Shown here: piece by piece, positions 9,014 to 19,264 of the stretch
Layout of the letters: every line of letters starts with the position of its first letter
Numbering within the stretch: position 1 is the first letter of the stretch
Assembly (NCBI GenBank): GCA_963745075.1
Contig: CAVUWV010000024.1
Coordinates: forward strand, 160,001 to 224,000
Source of the DNA: Candidatus Hydrogenedentota bacterium
GTDB lineage: Bacteria; Hydrogenedentota; Hydrogenedentia; Hydrogenedentales; SLHB01
Direction: 5' to 3'
DNA length: 64,000 nt
Program-made: the position numbers and the translations under genes
The notes under the pieces: generated by a model
The model's database searches: none
What the model saw: the letters and a program-made list of their open reading frames with translations, nothing else
Told to the model about the DNA's origin: nothing

Positions 9014-12000
9014 CGGAGCCCTCAGTGAGTTCATTGTAGAGCGCGTTCACGTCAGCATTTTCCGGTGCGAGCAAGAACAGCGTTTCCAGGCACTCGCGTG
9101 CTTCGTCAATGCGCCCGATCTCCCGCAGCACCGTCGCATGGGTGCAGGCCATACCGATATCGCCGGGATAGAACTCGACATAGCGCCGGAGGTGTGGCTC
9201 CGCGTCCGGCAACCGGTCCAAAGTGCGGGCCGTTTCAACCATTCGCATCACCACGGACGGATTGTCCGCCCGCAAGTCCAAAGATTGGGTCAACAACGCG
9301 AATGCATCGTCCAGTCTTCCCTCGGCTAAACGAACCAAACCGAGACTGGCGACGACCCGCCCATTCTCCGCATCGGCCGACATGGCCTCCTCCAACCACC
9401 GGCCCGCCTCCTGGGGACGATTAGCCGCGAGTAGCACAATCCCCAACTCGCCTTTCGTCGCAGCATCCTTCGGATCCAGCCGCAATACTTCCCGATACAG
9501 TTTCTCGGCAGTATCGAGTTGCCCCATCTTGGCCACCGCGCGAGCCATGAGTCTTGCCCGTTCGGACTGGTCCACGCCATGCGCTTCATTCGCGATTCGA
9601 AGAGCTCGCCGGTAGTCCTGTTCTTCCAGCGCCTTCTTAGCACCGATGAGGCGGTCCATTCCCGGCTTTGCCGCGATAACGAGATATTGATACACCAGAA
9701 AATCCCGGTGCTCGTCGTCATTCAGCGGACCGATGCTGATCTTGCCGAGTTTCAAAATCCGATTGGAGTCCAGCGGAAGCCGTTCGGGAGGCCACATGGA
9801 CAGGGGTTGAATCGTCAGCACTTCCAGTCCGGCTTCCTGCACCATCAATTCCATGTCCGGTGCGCAGAAGAACCGAAGGTGCGTGCGGTCCATGATCCCC
9901 GCGTCCTCATATTGCCAACGGCCGTTCACGTGCATCTCGACCGTTTGCCAGAAGCGCACGTTCGGAATGCTCATGACGATGACGCCGTCCTTGGACAGGA
10001 CTCGAGAAACTTTTCGGAGTGTCTTGACCGGTTCCACCAGATGCTCCAACACGTCACCGAACACGATACAATCGAAATAATCGTCCTCGAAGGGCAGTTC
10101 TATTTGCTCGATGCTGCCACAGAGAGCGTCATCGAGGACCTGCTTCGCCAATTCCCACGCCCGTTCGATGATTTCAATGCCCACGACCTCCTTGACGCCC
10201 CGCCGTTTCAGCGCCAAGCCAAATTCGCCGCCGCCACAGCCGCAATCGAGTAGTCGTGTCGTGTGGAGCGGCACATGCTCGGCCAGCTCAGGTCGTGGCG
10301 ACCGGTAATAGCCGCCCTTGAAGAACCGCGACTCGCCCTGATAACCGCCCAGACTGCCGGTCGCTTCGAGCACCATCAAAACGAGTTGCCGCATGCGGTG
10401 CTGGTAGGAGTGTTTGTCCAGGACGAGCGCTTGGCCTTGACGCGCAATGCGATCACGGGTTGCGTGGTCGTCCAAATAGTGCGAAATGAGGTCAACAAGA
10501 TCGTCATCGTTCCGGTAAATCACGAGATGTTCACCATCTTCGAACAGCTCTTCCAGCCCATCCGCTTCATCGGTAATCAACAGCGCCCCCGATGCGAGTC
10601 CTTCGAAAACGCGCATGTTGAGATCGCGATCCACGCACATATTGACCACGATTTTCGCCTGCGCGTAAATTTGCGCCATTTCTTCCGGCCAGAATCGCCC
10701 GATCTTCGAATTCGGATACCGCCCCCGAATAGCATCCAGCAGCCGCCAACGCCGATCGTTCGGATTGCCTGGAACGCCCCCCACGAACGCGACATCATAG
10801 ATCCTGTCCATCGGTCCCACGTCATGCAGTTCCGGTGAACACGCCAGCGGCAACCATGCAACGTTTGGAATCCCGGCTTCTACAAATGCGGGAATGTGCG
10901 CTCGCTGGGCAAGGAAAGTAAAGTCGAAGTTCCGCGCCAGCTCGATTCGGAGATCAAGCGCACGGTGTGTATCAATGAAGTAACCGACGCGCGGCACACT
11001 CAACGTGTGACTGTCGTGCGGAAGTTCACGGATGCCCGAATCGACCCAGAGATACACGTCGGGCGAGAACGACTCCGGCAACTTCCGTATCCGGTCTGCG
11101 AACGTTTCTTTTGCCGACCAGTCAACGTCCGGTGAAGGGTTAGATGGTGGAGGCGTGTTAAAACCCCACTCCCGGAAGAAACCGTCGGGGACGTTCTTTC
11201 CGGCCGATACCACCGTATGGTCTTTACGCAATGCGGCGTCGATGTACCGGCCGGTGGTCAGGGGCGAATGGAGGTATTCTACGAGTAGTTGAATTTGCGG
11301 GAACGGTTCGGCGTCGCTGGCTACACTGACATACGTTTTGCGTGCGACCGCGTTCTCGAGAGTTTCCCGCCAACGTTGCGCGAAGGCATCCAAAGGAAAC
11401 TTCTGCGCAACCGTCTCTCGGCCTTTCGCCCCGATTCGCCGGGCCAATTCAACGTCCTTCAACAGTTCGTTTACGTACTCTCGAAGCTCTTCCACCTCAC
11501 CGGATGCGAATCCATCGATACCGTGGGTAATGGGCGAGGTCCGGTTTGTTAGCGAAACGACGGGCATTCCGCATGCCATCGCTTCCAGTGTAGAAAGGTT
11601 GTACCCGTCCTCATACTCTTCGCGGGTCACGTGAAGCAGACACCGGAGCCGGCGATAGGCGGCAAGCAAATCGTCGAAGGATTTCGACGGATTCGCGTGC
11701 GGAATATCAGGGTCAAATCCCACGACCCTGTTTGGAATTCCCGCACACACCGCCTCTTGAAACCCTACGTCGAACATCCGATCGCGGGCACGCATCGAGT
11801 TTCCCACGCGCAGCACTTCGGCCACCTCGCCCGTGTAGCCGCCATACTCGGAAACTTTGAGCCCTGGCGGAATGACCTCGCCGGGGAGTCCGTAATCGTC
11901 GCGCTTGGATTCCGAGATAAAGACGAACGAAAAATGGTCCCGAATCCGGTCCAGCACTTTCTTGTATTGCGCCTTCCCCTTTTTAAAATCGTTGTCGACC

Positions 12001-12308
12001 GTTGTTTCCAGGTACGAACGACGGTTATGACAAACGAGAATGCAGGGAATACCGCAGTCCAGCAGATCGATCGCGTTCAGCTCATTGTGCGCCACGACAA
12101 CATCGTACGCGCCGTTCTTCAGTCCTTCGCGCCAGGTCCGTTCGTTGACAAGGTCGATAGTCGACGGGACAGGCCGATAATGGGTATGCCAGGGACGTGC
12201 GAATCGGGGTTTCTCGTAGAGCCCGACCGTCAACGGAACGCCGATTCGGGCCATGAGGCAGATATACGGTTCGTGGAAGTTAAAGGTCAGGACACGGGGG
12301 CTCGACAT
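8997..12308 (-). CDS. Multidomain protein: GT4-like + CgeB-like glycosyltransferases + SAM methyltransferase + TPR
   Basis: LEAMACGMPVV (GT4), NMRVFEGLASG (CgeB), LLDCGCGGG/GDVLEHL (class I methyltransferase), C-terminal TPR helices. Confidence 0.85.
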   Translation of the reverse strand: MSSPRVLTFNFHEPYICLMARIGVPLTVGLYEKPRFARPWHTHYRPVPSTIDLVNERTWREGLKNGAYDVVVAHNELNAIDLLDCGIPCILVCHNRRSYLETTVDNDFKKGKAQYKKVLDRIRDHFSFVFISESKRDDYGLPGEVIPPGLKVSEYGGYTGEVAEVLRVGNSMRARDRMFDVGFQEAVCAGIPNRVVGFDPDIPHANPSKSFDDLLAAYRRLRCLLHVTREEYEDGYNLSTLEAMACGMPVVSLTNRTSPITHGIDGFASGEVEELREYVNELLKDVELARRIGAKGRETVAQKFPLDAFAQRWRETLENAVARKTYVSVASDAEPFPQIQLLVEYLHSPLTTGRYIDAALRKDHTVVSAGKNVPDGFFREWGFNTPPPSNPSPDVDWSAKETFADRIRKLPESFSPDVYLWVDSGIRELPHDSHTLSVPRVGYFIDTHRALDLRIELARNFDFTFLAQRAHIPAFVEAGIPNVAWLPLACSPELHDVGPMDRIYDVAFVGGVPGNPNDRRWRLLDAIRGRYPNSKIGRFWPEEMAQIYAQAKIVVNMCVDRDLNMRVFEGLASGALLITDEADGLEELFEDGEHLVIYRNDDDLVDLISHYLDDHATRDRIARQGQALVLDKHSYQHRMRQLVLMVLEATGSLGGYQGESRFFKGGYYRSPRPELAEHVPLHTTRLLDCGCGGGEFGLALKRRGVKEVVGIEIIERAWELAKQVLDDALCGSIEQIELPFEDDYFDCIVFGDVLEHLVEPVKTLRKVSRVLSKDGVIVMSIPNVRFWQTVEMHVNGRWQYEDAGIMDRTHLRFFCAPDMELMVQEAGLEVLTIQPLSMWPPERLPLDSNRILKLGKISIGPLNDDEHRDFLVYQYLVIAAKPGMDRLIGAKKALEEQDYRRALRIANEAHGVDQSERARLMARAVAKMGQLDTAEKLYREVLRLDPKDAATKGELGIVLLAANRPQEAGRWLEEAMSADAENGRVVASLGLVRLAEGRLDDAFALLTQSLDLRADNPSVVMRMVETARTLDRLPDAEPHLRRYVEFYPGDIGMACTHATVLREIGRIDEARECLETLFLLAPENADVNALYNELTEGSDESGS

Positions 12309-12310
12309 CT

Positions 12311-12937
12311 TCAGCCGGCCTGGCTCTGCGTCCGCTCCCGTAACAGCGCGACGATCTCTGTCTCCACTTCGGCTCGCGGCGCCAGTTCATATTCGAGCAG
12401 ATCGCCCAGCAGGATCAGATCGCCGGATTCTAACGCTCCCGCTGCCTCCGAGAGGTACTGATTCAGCTCGTCGTGGAGCGCGGCTACATTCTTGCCGTTA
12501 ACCTCCACCGAATCCAGCTTGAGCTCAAGCGCATTTGCCACGAGCATCTGGCGGGATTTCACGTCCGCCCACAGTTCCGCCAGCCGCTGAAACGGCTCGA
12601 ACCCTTCTTCGGGCGCTTTTCCCTGAAAGACCGCCGCGAGTTCGTGGCACGCCTTGGGCAATTCCGGGAGAGTTTCCGTCAGATCTTTGAGACTACCTTC
12701 CACGAGTTCCGCGATGCTGGCAGATTCGACTTCCAGCGCGGTCACGTCGTCGAGTGACTTTCCTTTCAGGGAGTCCAGGAGCTTCTCCGGGGCAATGTTG
12801 TGACCGTCGGTTCTTACCGCGAGGATGGCGCGGCCCTTGTTTTGAAGGAAAGCGCTCACTGCCGCCACCGCAGCGAGCACATCTTCAGGTTCCCCTTGCA
12901 GCCTGAAGTCGCGATTCCCGTCCACAATGACATCCAT
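12311..12937 (-). CDS. Conserved hypothetical protein (helical; typical neighbour of flagellar glycosylation genes)
   Basis: 208-aa ORF coupled between csrA and the GT gene; C-terminal GDLILLGDLLEYEL motif. Confidence 0.65.
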   Translation of the reverse strand: MDVIVDGNRDFRLQGEPEDVLAAVAAVSAFLQNKGRAILAVRTDGHNIAPEKLLDSLKGKSLDDVTALEVESASIAELVEGSLKDLTETLPELPKACHELAAVFQGKAPEEGFEPFQRLAELWADVKSRQMLVANALELKLDSVEVNGKNVAALHDELNQYLSEAAGALESGDLILLGDLLEYELAPRAEVETEIVALLRERTQSQAG

Positions 12938-12951
12938 GTCCGACGCCCTTT

Positions 12952-13173
12952 CTATCGAGGAATGAGATTCGTGATACCTTCGACCTTCGTCACGGATGCG
13001 GCCTGTGCGTTTTCCGCCTGAATGGCGTCGTACACTTCCTGCCGATGCACGGCCACGGACCGCGGCGCAACTATCCCAATCTTGACCTGATTCTCTTTCA
13101 AGTCGAGCACCTTGACGATGATGTCGTCCCCGATCATGATGCTCTCGTCTTCTCTACGCGTCAGAACGAGCAT
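12952..13173 (-). CDS. csrA: Carbon storage regulator CsrA
   Basis: [18 protein letters not shown]...[25 protein letters not shown] upstream. Confidence 0.97.
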   Translation of the reverse strand: MLVLTRREDESIMIGDDIIVKVLDLKENQVKIGIVAPRSVAVHRQEVYDAIQAENAQAASVTKVEGITNLIPR

Positions 13174-13621
13174 TCGTGACCTCCTGGGGCTCTCCCTTTT
13201 TCGCCTCGGCGAGATAGAATTGTATCGGATACGCGCTCCGTTCGAGGATTGTTTGTTTGCCGAGCCGTTGTTTTCGATTGATGAGAATCGGTGCGCGCAG
13301 GTTCGTCCGCACCTTGGAGGGATCCTGCGGCACGACAATCAGCGTGAATACATCGAGGTCGTCCGCGTTGCCCACCGCCAACTCGGATAATTCCTGTTGC
13401 CGCAAGTCCACGGCGTAATCCGGAACAATGGCCCGGGGATCCATCAAAATGAATGCAAGGTCCGGCGAATCCGTCGATTGGAGCCATGTCAGGTGTTCGC
13501 TGGGGCCGGGCAGCAGCACATACCGCCGGAATTCCTGGAAACCCAGAATGGGCTGGGTCAACGTGATCACCGACTCCGGATCGATTTCCTGCGTGCCAAA
13601 TCGCGTGGTTTCGAGTTTCAT
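13154..13621 (-). CDS. fliW: Flagellar assembly factor FliW
   Basis: MKLETTRFG...ILGF...WLQS...NLRAPILIN; directly upstream of csrA. Confidence 0.95.
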   Translation of the reverse strand: MKLETTRFGTQEIDPESVITLTQPILGFQEFRRYVLLPGPSEHLTWLQSTDSPDLAFILMDPRAIVPDYAVDLRQQELSELAVGNADDLDVFTLIVVPQDPSKVRTNLRAPILINRKQRLGKQTILERSAYPIQFYLAEAKKGEPQEVTNARSDA

Positions 13622-13740
13622 GCCCACCTGTATCAAGCGTTGTGCAAGTCCCGACACCGTCTCAGTATGCACGAAACCCGCAGCGCACGCAACCCCTTGC
13701 GTAGTATGCCTCTAAGAAAAATGGTTCCGGTCCCCATGGT

Positions 13741-14973
13741 TCATTTTCCCGCGAAGTACCGGGCGACCTTCCGGATCGCCTCCGCAATATCGTCGATATC
13801 CTGTTCCCTCATGAACTCGGTAATGGGCGACCGCCAACTCGTTGCCTCAATCGCTTCGGCTACCGGACACAGCCCCGGACCGTATTCAATCTTCCGGCCG
13901 TACACACCGTCCCAGGGATACGGACAATCGTGATAGGCGTGATGCTCCGTCAGCACCGGGTACTCATACACCATCCGCTGGATATACCCCGGCGTGACCG
14001 GCACCCCTTCGGCCGCCACCGCCTCGACGAATTCGTCCCGCGATACGCCCAAGACCTCTGGGTCCATACGACCCAGGTAAAACCAATACGAACTCTTACA
14101 GCCGTTTAACACCTTGTGCGCGTGAATCCCCGGGATGCCCGCGATGGCCGCGGTCAACCGGTCGCCAAGCACGTTCCGGCGTTCGCAGATGTGGGGGAGT
14201 TTCCGAAGCTGCGCGATGGCCACGGCGCCGTGGAGTTCGCTGGGCCGGTAGTTGGGCGCGAGGATCTCCGGCCGCCGGCCCGATCCGTCCCGGCGATAGC
14301 CTTTGTCGAGATACAACCCCGCCATTTCCGACAGGGTGTCGTCATTGGTGATGACCATCCCGGCGTCGCCGGCGCTGATATGCTTAAAATCGTTCAAGGA
14401 GAAACACCCGATGTCGCCCATCGTACCCGCGAGCTTGCCCTTGTAATAACAGAGATAACTCTGCGCGCAATCCTCGATAATTTTCAGGTTGTGCTTTCGC
14501 GCGACCGCCAGAAGCCCGTCCATGTCCGCAGGATTCCCCGCCAGATGAACCACCATGATCGCCTTAGTTTTGTCTGTGATGCACTTCTCGACGCTCGCGG
14601 GTGTAATGGCGTAGATGTGCGGGTCCAAATCCGCGAACACCGGAACCCCACCCTGGGCGAGAATAGAAACGACGGTCCCCTGGTCGGTGATCGGCGTCGT
14701 GATCACCTCATCGCCCGGGCCGATTCCCATCGAAGCCGTCGCCACGTGCAACGCCGCCGTCCCGCTCGTTACCATATGGCAGTGTTTCATGCCGTAGAGT
14801 TTGGCGAACTGCTTGCGGAACGTCTTCACCTTCTCGCCGAACCAGTAGAAGAGCGTCTGCTGATCCAGCGCCTCCTTCAGTTCCTGCAGTTCCGTATCGT
14901 CAAACCGTTTGCCCGTGGTGACCACCGGCTCGGTACGTACGGGTTTGCCCCCATGAATGGCCAACGTACTCAT
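13741..14973 (-). CDS. DegT/DnrJ/EryC1/StrS PLP-dependent sugar aminotransferase
   Basis: SGTAALH, IEDCAQS, FSLNDFKHISAGDAG (PLP lysine). Confidence 0.92.
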   Translation of the reverse strand: MSTLAIHGGKPVRTEPVVTTGKRFDDTELQELKEALDQQTLFYWFGEKVKTFRKQFAKLYGMKHCHMVTSGTAALHVATASMGIGPGDEVITTPITDQGTVVSILAQGGVPVFADLDPHIYAITPASVEKCITDKTKAIMVVHLAGNPADMDGLLAVARKHNLKIIEDCAQSYLCYYKGKLAGTMGDIGCFSLNDFKHISAGDAGMVITNDDTLSEMAGLYLDKGYRRDGSGRRPEILAPNYRPSELHGAVAIAQLRKLPHICERRNVLGDRLTAAIAGIPGIHAHKVLNGCKSSYWFYLGRMDPEVLGVSRDEFVEAVAAEGVPVTPGYIQRMVYEYPVLTEHHAYHDCPYPWDGVYGRKIEYGPGLCPVAEAIEATSWRSPITEFMREQDIDDIAEAIRKVARYFAGK

Positions 14974-15019
14974 CTGTATTCTCCTGATTACAATCCGGGT
15001 TGGCCCGCTACTAATCCTT

Positions 15020-15313
15020 CCTCTCGTGCTCGTAATCGTTATCGTACTCGTAATCGATGAACACTGGATACTACACGTAACCCCGCGGAGACTCCCACAA
15101 GGTTACTCCCTCAAATCTTCGGTTCGTGTATTCGATTACGATTACGAGTCGGCATGAAAGGGCCTTTCGCCCTGAACTGATGAAAATGGAGTATCCGTCT
15201 CTTGCCCGACACGAAGAGAGACGCGCCTCAGTAGGACGGGAATGATTCCCGTCCTACAAGAACATCCGGTTTCTAAGTAGTGATTCTCGGAGTAGTACGA
15301 ACACGATTACGAC
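15020..15313. repeat. Inverted arrays of (C/A)TCGTN / GATTAC-type hexamers, right arm interrupted by a 144-bp insertion
   Basis: Left arm ctcgtg ctcgta atcgtt atcgta ctcgta atcgat; right arm gattac gattac gAGT[insert]AGTac gaacac gattac gac. Confidence 0.65.
15150..15293. mobile_element. Small hairpin-rich non-autonomous insertion flanked by AGT
   Basis: AGT at 15147-15149 and 15294-15296; removal restores the hexamer array. Contains the palindrome GTAGGACGGGAAT-G-ATTCCCGTCCTAC (15231-15257). Confidence 0.55.
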
Positions 15314-15388
15314 TGAAATTCCGAGGTCAAATCGACGCGGGATTGAGCATGTGACGTATGTTAAAAGCCTCCTGTGACATCACGCTCC

Positions 15389-15787
15389 TTACTCCAAGAA
15401 TCGCGACTTCAAATCCGGTGTCGGCACCATGCATTCGTCACGCTTGCCGAACCACGAATAGCGATTGCGAGCGACGAAGGTATATACCCAATCCCGCACA
15501 AAACGTGGGATCACGATGAACGCGTAGGCAAGTCTTCCAATCCCGCCAAGTCTCCGCAGTATGCGCAACGCAGCCGTCGATTTCGTGAATACCGCATCAT
15601 CGTCCACCAACACCATTGTGTCGAAATCTTCAGTCGGCAGGTTGTTGCGTCTAAGGACATCCTGCCCTGCGTCCGACTGGAGGCTGGCAAACCGGAACAC
15701 GCTATCGGGATCGCGCTTGATGATAAACTGGACCGCGCCGTTGCACAGGTTGCAGACACCGTCGAACAATATCACCGGGTGGTCCAT
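15389..15787 (-). CDS. DCC-family thiol-disulfide oxidoreductase (YuxK-like)
   Basis: FDGVCNLC, FASLQS, VARNRYSWFG. Confidence 0.93.
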   Translation of the reverse strand: MDHPVILFDGVCNLCNGAVQFIIKRDPDSVFRFASLQSDAGQDVLRRNNLPTEDFDTMVLVDDDAVFTKSTAALRILRRLGGIGRLAYAFIVIPRFVRDWVYTFVARNRYSWFGKRDECMVPTPDLKSRFLE

Positions 15788-15793
15788 GAATCC

Positions 15794-18700
15794 TCAGTCG
15801 TGCCGCGGCAGTCCGTTGCCCCCCGAAAACCAGAGCGTTTCCTCCCCCAGGAGGTCTTCGATTTGTTGGCTCAATTCCGCACAAGCCGCGACTTTGCAGG
15901 CATCCGTCGCGTGGATGGTCACATCTTCGTGCTCCGGCGTGACGCAGTGAAGGTACACGTCGCACTTTCCCGGTCGCGCGCCAAGGATTTCCGCCAGCCG
16001 CTCCAGGAGGACATCGTCCAGACCGACCGTCGTGAGCCGTATATGGACTGCGCGGGTTAGCTTGCCCTCAGCATCTTCAATGGGGACGAGGTCTTGCGCA
16101 ATCAACCCCGCCTCGTCATTGCGGAAATTGACCGTCGCCACCAGCATGATGGCCATGTCCGTTACCAGGAGCCCCGCCTTCTGCTCGTACAATTCGGGGA
16201 AGACCGTAAACTCAACGGGTCCCTCCAGCGATTCGAGCGTGGCGAACGCCATTTTCTTATTACCCCGCGCCGTGATGTGCTGTTTCACGTTGCCGACCAG
16301 GCCGCCAAGAACCACCTCGGTGCCCTCACGCAGCTCATTAAGAGACGCGAGACTATGTGAGGTATACCGATCGAGGATTCGCGCGTGCCGGGCCAGTGGA
16401 TGGCTGCTTACGTACAGGCCGAGCATTTCCTTTTCGAATGCCAGCAGCTCGTTCTCCGGCCATTCCGAGATGTCGGGCTTCTGGTGCATCGTTTCCGCCG
16501 AGTTGTCTTCGCTACCCATTAGATCGAGTAAGGAGGTCTGTCCGGCAGCACGCTCCTTCTGACTGATTTGGCCCTCGCTCATGGCTGCATCGAGCATGTG
16601 CTCCACCTGCCGCCGGTTCCAGCCCGTGCTGGCAAGTGCGCCCGCCTTGTTCAAACTCTCGATCACGCGCCGGTTCACGTTCCGGCTGTCGATACGGCTG
16701 CAGAAATCGAAGATATCCCTGAACGGTCCGTTCGCGTCCCGTTCCTTCGTGATAGCGTCCACCGGACCACCGCCCACGTTCTTGATCGCGCCGAGTCCGA
16801 ATCGGATACGATCGCGCTCGGCGGTGAATCCGATGTAGCTGCCATTCACGTCGGGCGGCAGTACCTCGATTCCGAGGCGCCGGCACTCTTCAACGTAGAT
16901 GCCGACCTTGTCCAGGTTCCCCGATTCGCTGGTGAGCAGGGCCGCCATAAACTCGGCGGGATAGTTCGCCTTGAGAAATGCAGTCTGATACGCCACGTAC
17001 GCGTAGGCCATGCTGTGGGACTTGTTGAACCCGTAGCCCGCAAACTGCTCGATCTTGGCGAACAGCGTCTCCGCAAGTCGCAGGTCGATACCGTTTTCCT
17101 GAGCCCCCGCGACAAACTTGTCGCGTTGCTCGGCCATGAGATCGGCCTTCTTCTTCCCCATGGCCCGGCGCAGAATATCCGCCTGACCCAGCGAAAATCC
17201 GGCGATCGCCTGCACGATCTGCATGACCTGCTCCTGGTAGAGGGCCACGCCGTAGGTCTCGCGCAGAATGGGTTCCAGAAGCGGATGGTCGTATTGAACC
17301 TTCTTGGGGTTATGCTTGCTCTCGATGTACTGATCCTTGAGCTGCATCGGCCCCGGCCGGTACAGCGCGATGAGGGCGCAAATCTCTTCCAGGCTTTGCA
17401 ATCCGATACGCTTGGCCAGATCGCGCATGCCCGAACTTTCAAGCTGGAACACCCCCATCGTCTTGCCGGACCGCAGCAGGGCGTAGGTCTTCTTGTCGTT
17501 GGGTTCCAGGTTATCGATATCGAGATCGATGCCCCGGTTTTCCTTGACGAACCGCGCCGCGTCATGCACGACCGTCAGCGTGCGTAGACCCAGGAAGTCC
17601 ATCTTGAGCAGACCGACTTCCTCGACCCCCTTCATCTCGAACTGTGTTGCGACAACGTCGCTGCCCGCCGCCTGGAACAGGGGGACGTGGTCGGTCAGGG
17701 GTTGATCGCAGATTACGACGCCCGCCGCGTGGGTGCCGCAGGTGCCGATCGTGCCCTCAAGGCGTGTGGCGAGATGCCACAAGCGCTGGACCTCGGCATC
17801 CTCCTTGAGGATTTGCTGCAATTCCGGTTCGCTCTCCAGCGCGCTCTTTAGTGTGACCTTCGTTCCGGGGTCGTCCGGGATCAACTTGGCGATGCGGTCC
17901 ACGTCGCCATACGGCATGCCCAGCACGCGGCCCACGTTGCGGACCACCTGCTTGGCTTTCATCCGGCCGAAGGTGATGATCTGGCTGACGTTGTCCGCCC
18001 CGTATTTCTCCCGCGAGTACTCGATGACTTCGCCGCGGCGGTTGTAACAGAAGTCGAGGTCGAAGTCGGGCATGGTCACGCGGTCGGGGTTTAAGAAACG
18101 TTCGAACAGCAACCCGTACCGGATGGGATCGATATTCGTAATCTTTAATGCGTAGGCGACGAGACTTCCCGCACCCGAGCCACGACCCGGACCCACGGGG
18201 ATCCCCTTGCTTCGTGCGTGGGCGATGAGGTCCCATACCACCAGAAAGTAGTCGACAAATCCCATGCCTTCGATCACGTCTAGCTCGAAATCCGCCCGCT
18301 TCGAGTGCGCTTCCGTGGGATTGCCGTCATAGCGGTCTTCGAGTCCGAGTTGAACGAGTCGGCGCAGATATTCCTCTTTGCCAAGACCGTCCGGCGGTTC
18401 GTACCGCGGAATCAGATGGGCGCCGAGTTCGATTTCGATATTGCACCGGCTTGCAACCTTGACCGTATTCGCAATCGCCTGGGGATACTCCTTGAATCGC
18501 TCTTTCATCTCCTCGGCGCTGCAGAAGTAGAACTCGTTCGTCGGAAACTTGAACCGATCCTCCTGATCCAACGTGGCCGCGGTCTGGATGGCCAACAGCG
18601 CTTCGTGGGGTTCCGCGTCGTCCTTGTCCGTGTAGTGGCAATCGTTGGTCGCGATGAGCATCAACCCGTGATGCTCGGCCATCTCGGCGAGATAGGGATT

Positions 18701-19264
18701 GATCTTGCGCTGCTCGGGTAGGCCGTGGTCCATGAGTTCGATGAGAAAATTGTCGCGGCCGTAGATCGCCACGTACTTCTTGATCGCCTCGTTCGCCGCG
18801 TCCAGGTCGTCGTTCATCAGGAACTGCGGAATCTCGCCCGCGAGGCACGCGCTGGTCGCGATGATTCCTTCCTTGTGCTTTTCCAACAGCTCAAGATCGA
18901 CGCGCGGCTTGTAGTGGAAACCCTCCAGGTAACCGAGCGAGCTCAGGCGGCACAGGTTGTGATATCCCGCGTCGCTTTCGCAGAGCAGCAGGAAATGGTT
19001 GTTTGACCCGCCCGGTGTGCGTCCCGCCCGGTCGAAGCGGCTGCCCTTCGCCACATAGAGCTCCGACCCGATGATCGGCTTGATCCCGGCCTTCCTGGCT
19101 GCCGAATAGAAATCCAACGCGCCGAACAACGCGCCGTGGTCGGTCAACGCACAGGCCTGCATGCCGTACTTCTGGCACCGGTCGATCAGTTCCGAGACCT
19201 TGCTGGCGCCGTCCAGCACGCTGTACTCGGAATGGACGTGAAGATGAACGAATCCCGCACTCAC
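15794..19264 (-). CDS. dnaE: DNA polymerase III alpha subunit
   Basis: PHP domain HLHVHSEYS, GRGSGAGS, PDFDLD, KMDFLGL, YGFNKSH, OB fold; 1156 aa, no intein. Confidence 0.98.
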   Translation of the reverse strand: MSAGFVHLHVHSEYSVLDGASKVSELIDRCQKYGMQACALTDHGALFGALDFYSAARKAGIKPIIGSELYVAKGSRFDRAGRTPGGSNNHFLLLCESDAGYHNLCRLSSLGYLEGFHYKPRVDLELLEKHKEGIIATSACLAGEIPQFLMNDDLDAANEAIKKYVAIYGRDNFLIELMDHGLPEQRKINPYLAEMAEHHGLMLIATNDCHYTDKDDAEPHEALLAIQTAATLDQEDRFKFPTNEFYFCSAEEMKERFKEYPQAIANTVKVASRCNIEIELGAHLIPRYEPPDGLGKEEYLRRLVQLGLEDRYDGNPTEAHSKRADFELDVIEGMGFVDYFLVVWDLIAHARSKGIPVGPGRGSGAGSLVAYALKITNIDPIRYGLLFERFLNPDRVTMPDFDLDFCYNRRGEVIEYSREKYGADNVSQIITFGRMKAKQVVRNVGRVLGMPYGDVDRIAKLIPDDPGTKVTLKSALESEPELQQILKEDAEVQRLWHLATRLEGTIGTCGTHAAGVVICDQPLTDHVPLFQAAGSDVVATQFEMKGVEEVGLLKMDFLGLRTLTVVHDAARFVKENRGIDLDIDNLEPNDKKTYALLRSGKTMGVFQLESSGMRDLAKRIGLQSLEEICALIALYRPGPMQLKDQYIESKHNPKKVQYDHPLLEPILRETYGVALYQEQVMQIVQAIAGFSLGQADILRRAMGKKKADLMAEQRDKFVAGAQENGIDLRLAETLFAKIEQFAGYGFNKSHSMAYAYVAYQTAFLKANYPAEFMAALLTSESGNLDKVGIYVEECRRLGIEVLPPDVNGSYIGFTAERDRIRFGLGAIKNVGGGPVDAITKERDANGPFRDIFDFCSRIDSRNVNRRVIESLNKAGALASTGWNRRQVEHMLDAAMSEGQISQKERAAGQTSLLDLMGSEDNSAETMHQKPDISEWPENELLAFEKEMLGLYVSSHPLARHARILDRYTSHSLASLNELREGTEVVLGGLVGNVKQHITARGNKKMAFATLESLEGPVEFTVFPELYEQKAGLLVTDMAIMLVATVNFRNDEAGLIAQDLVPIEDAEGKLTRAVHIRLTTVGLDDVLLERLAEILGARPGKCDVYLHCVTPEHEDVTIHATDACKVAACAELSQQIEDLLGEETLWFSGGNGLPRHD

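Noticed and set aside
15020..15313. CRISPR array
   Set aside because: Repeats are 6-mers and hairpins with no 23-47-nt repeat/spacer periodicity; no cas genes in the window.
15794..19264. Intein or split in dnaE
   Set aside because: Normal length with continuous motifs and no intein signatures.
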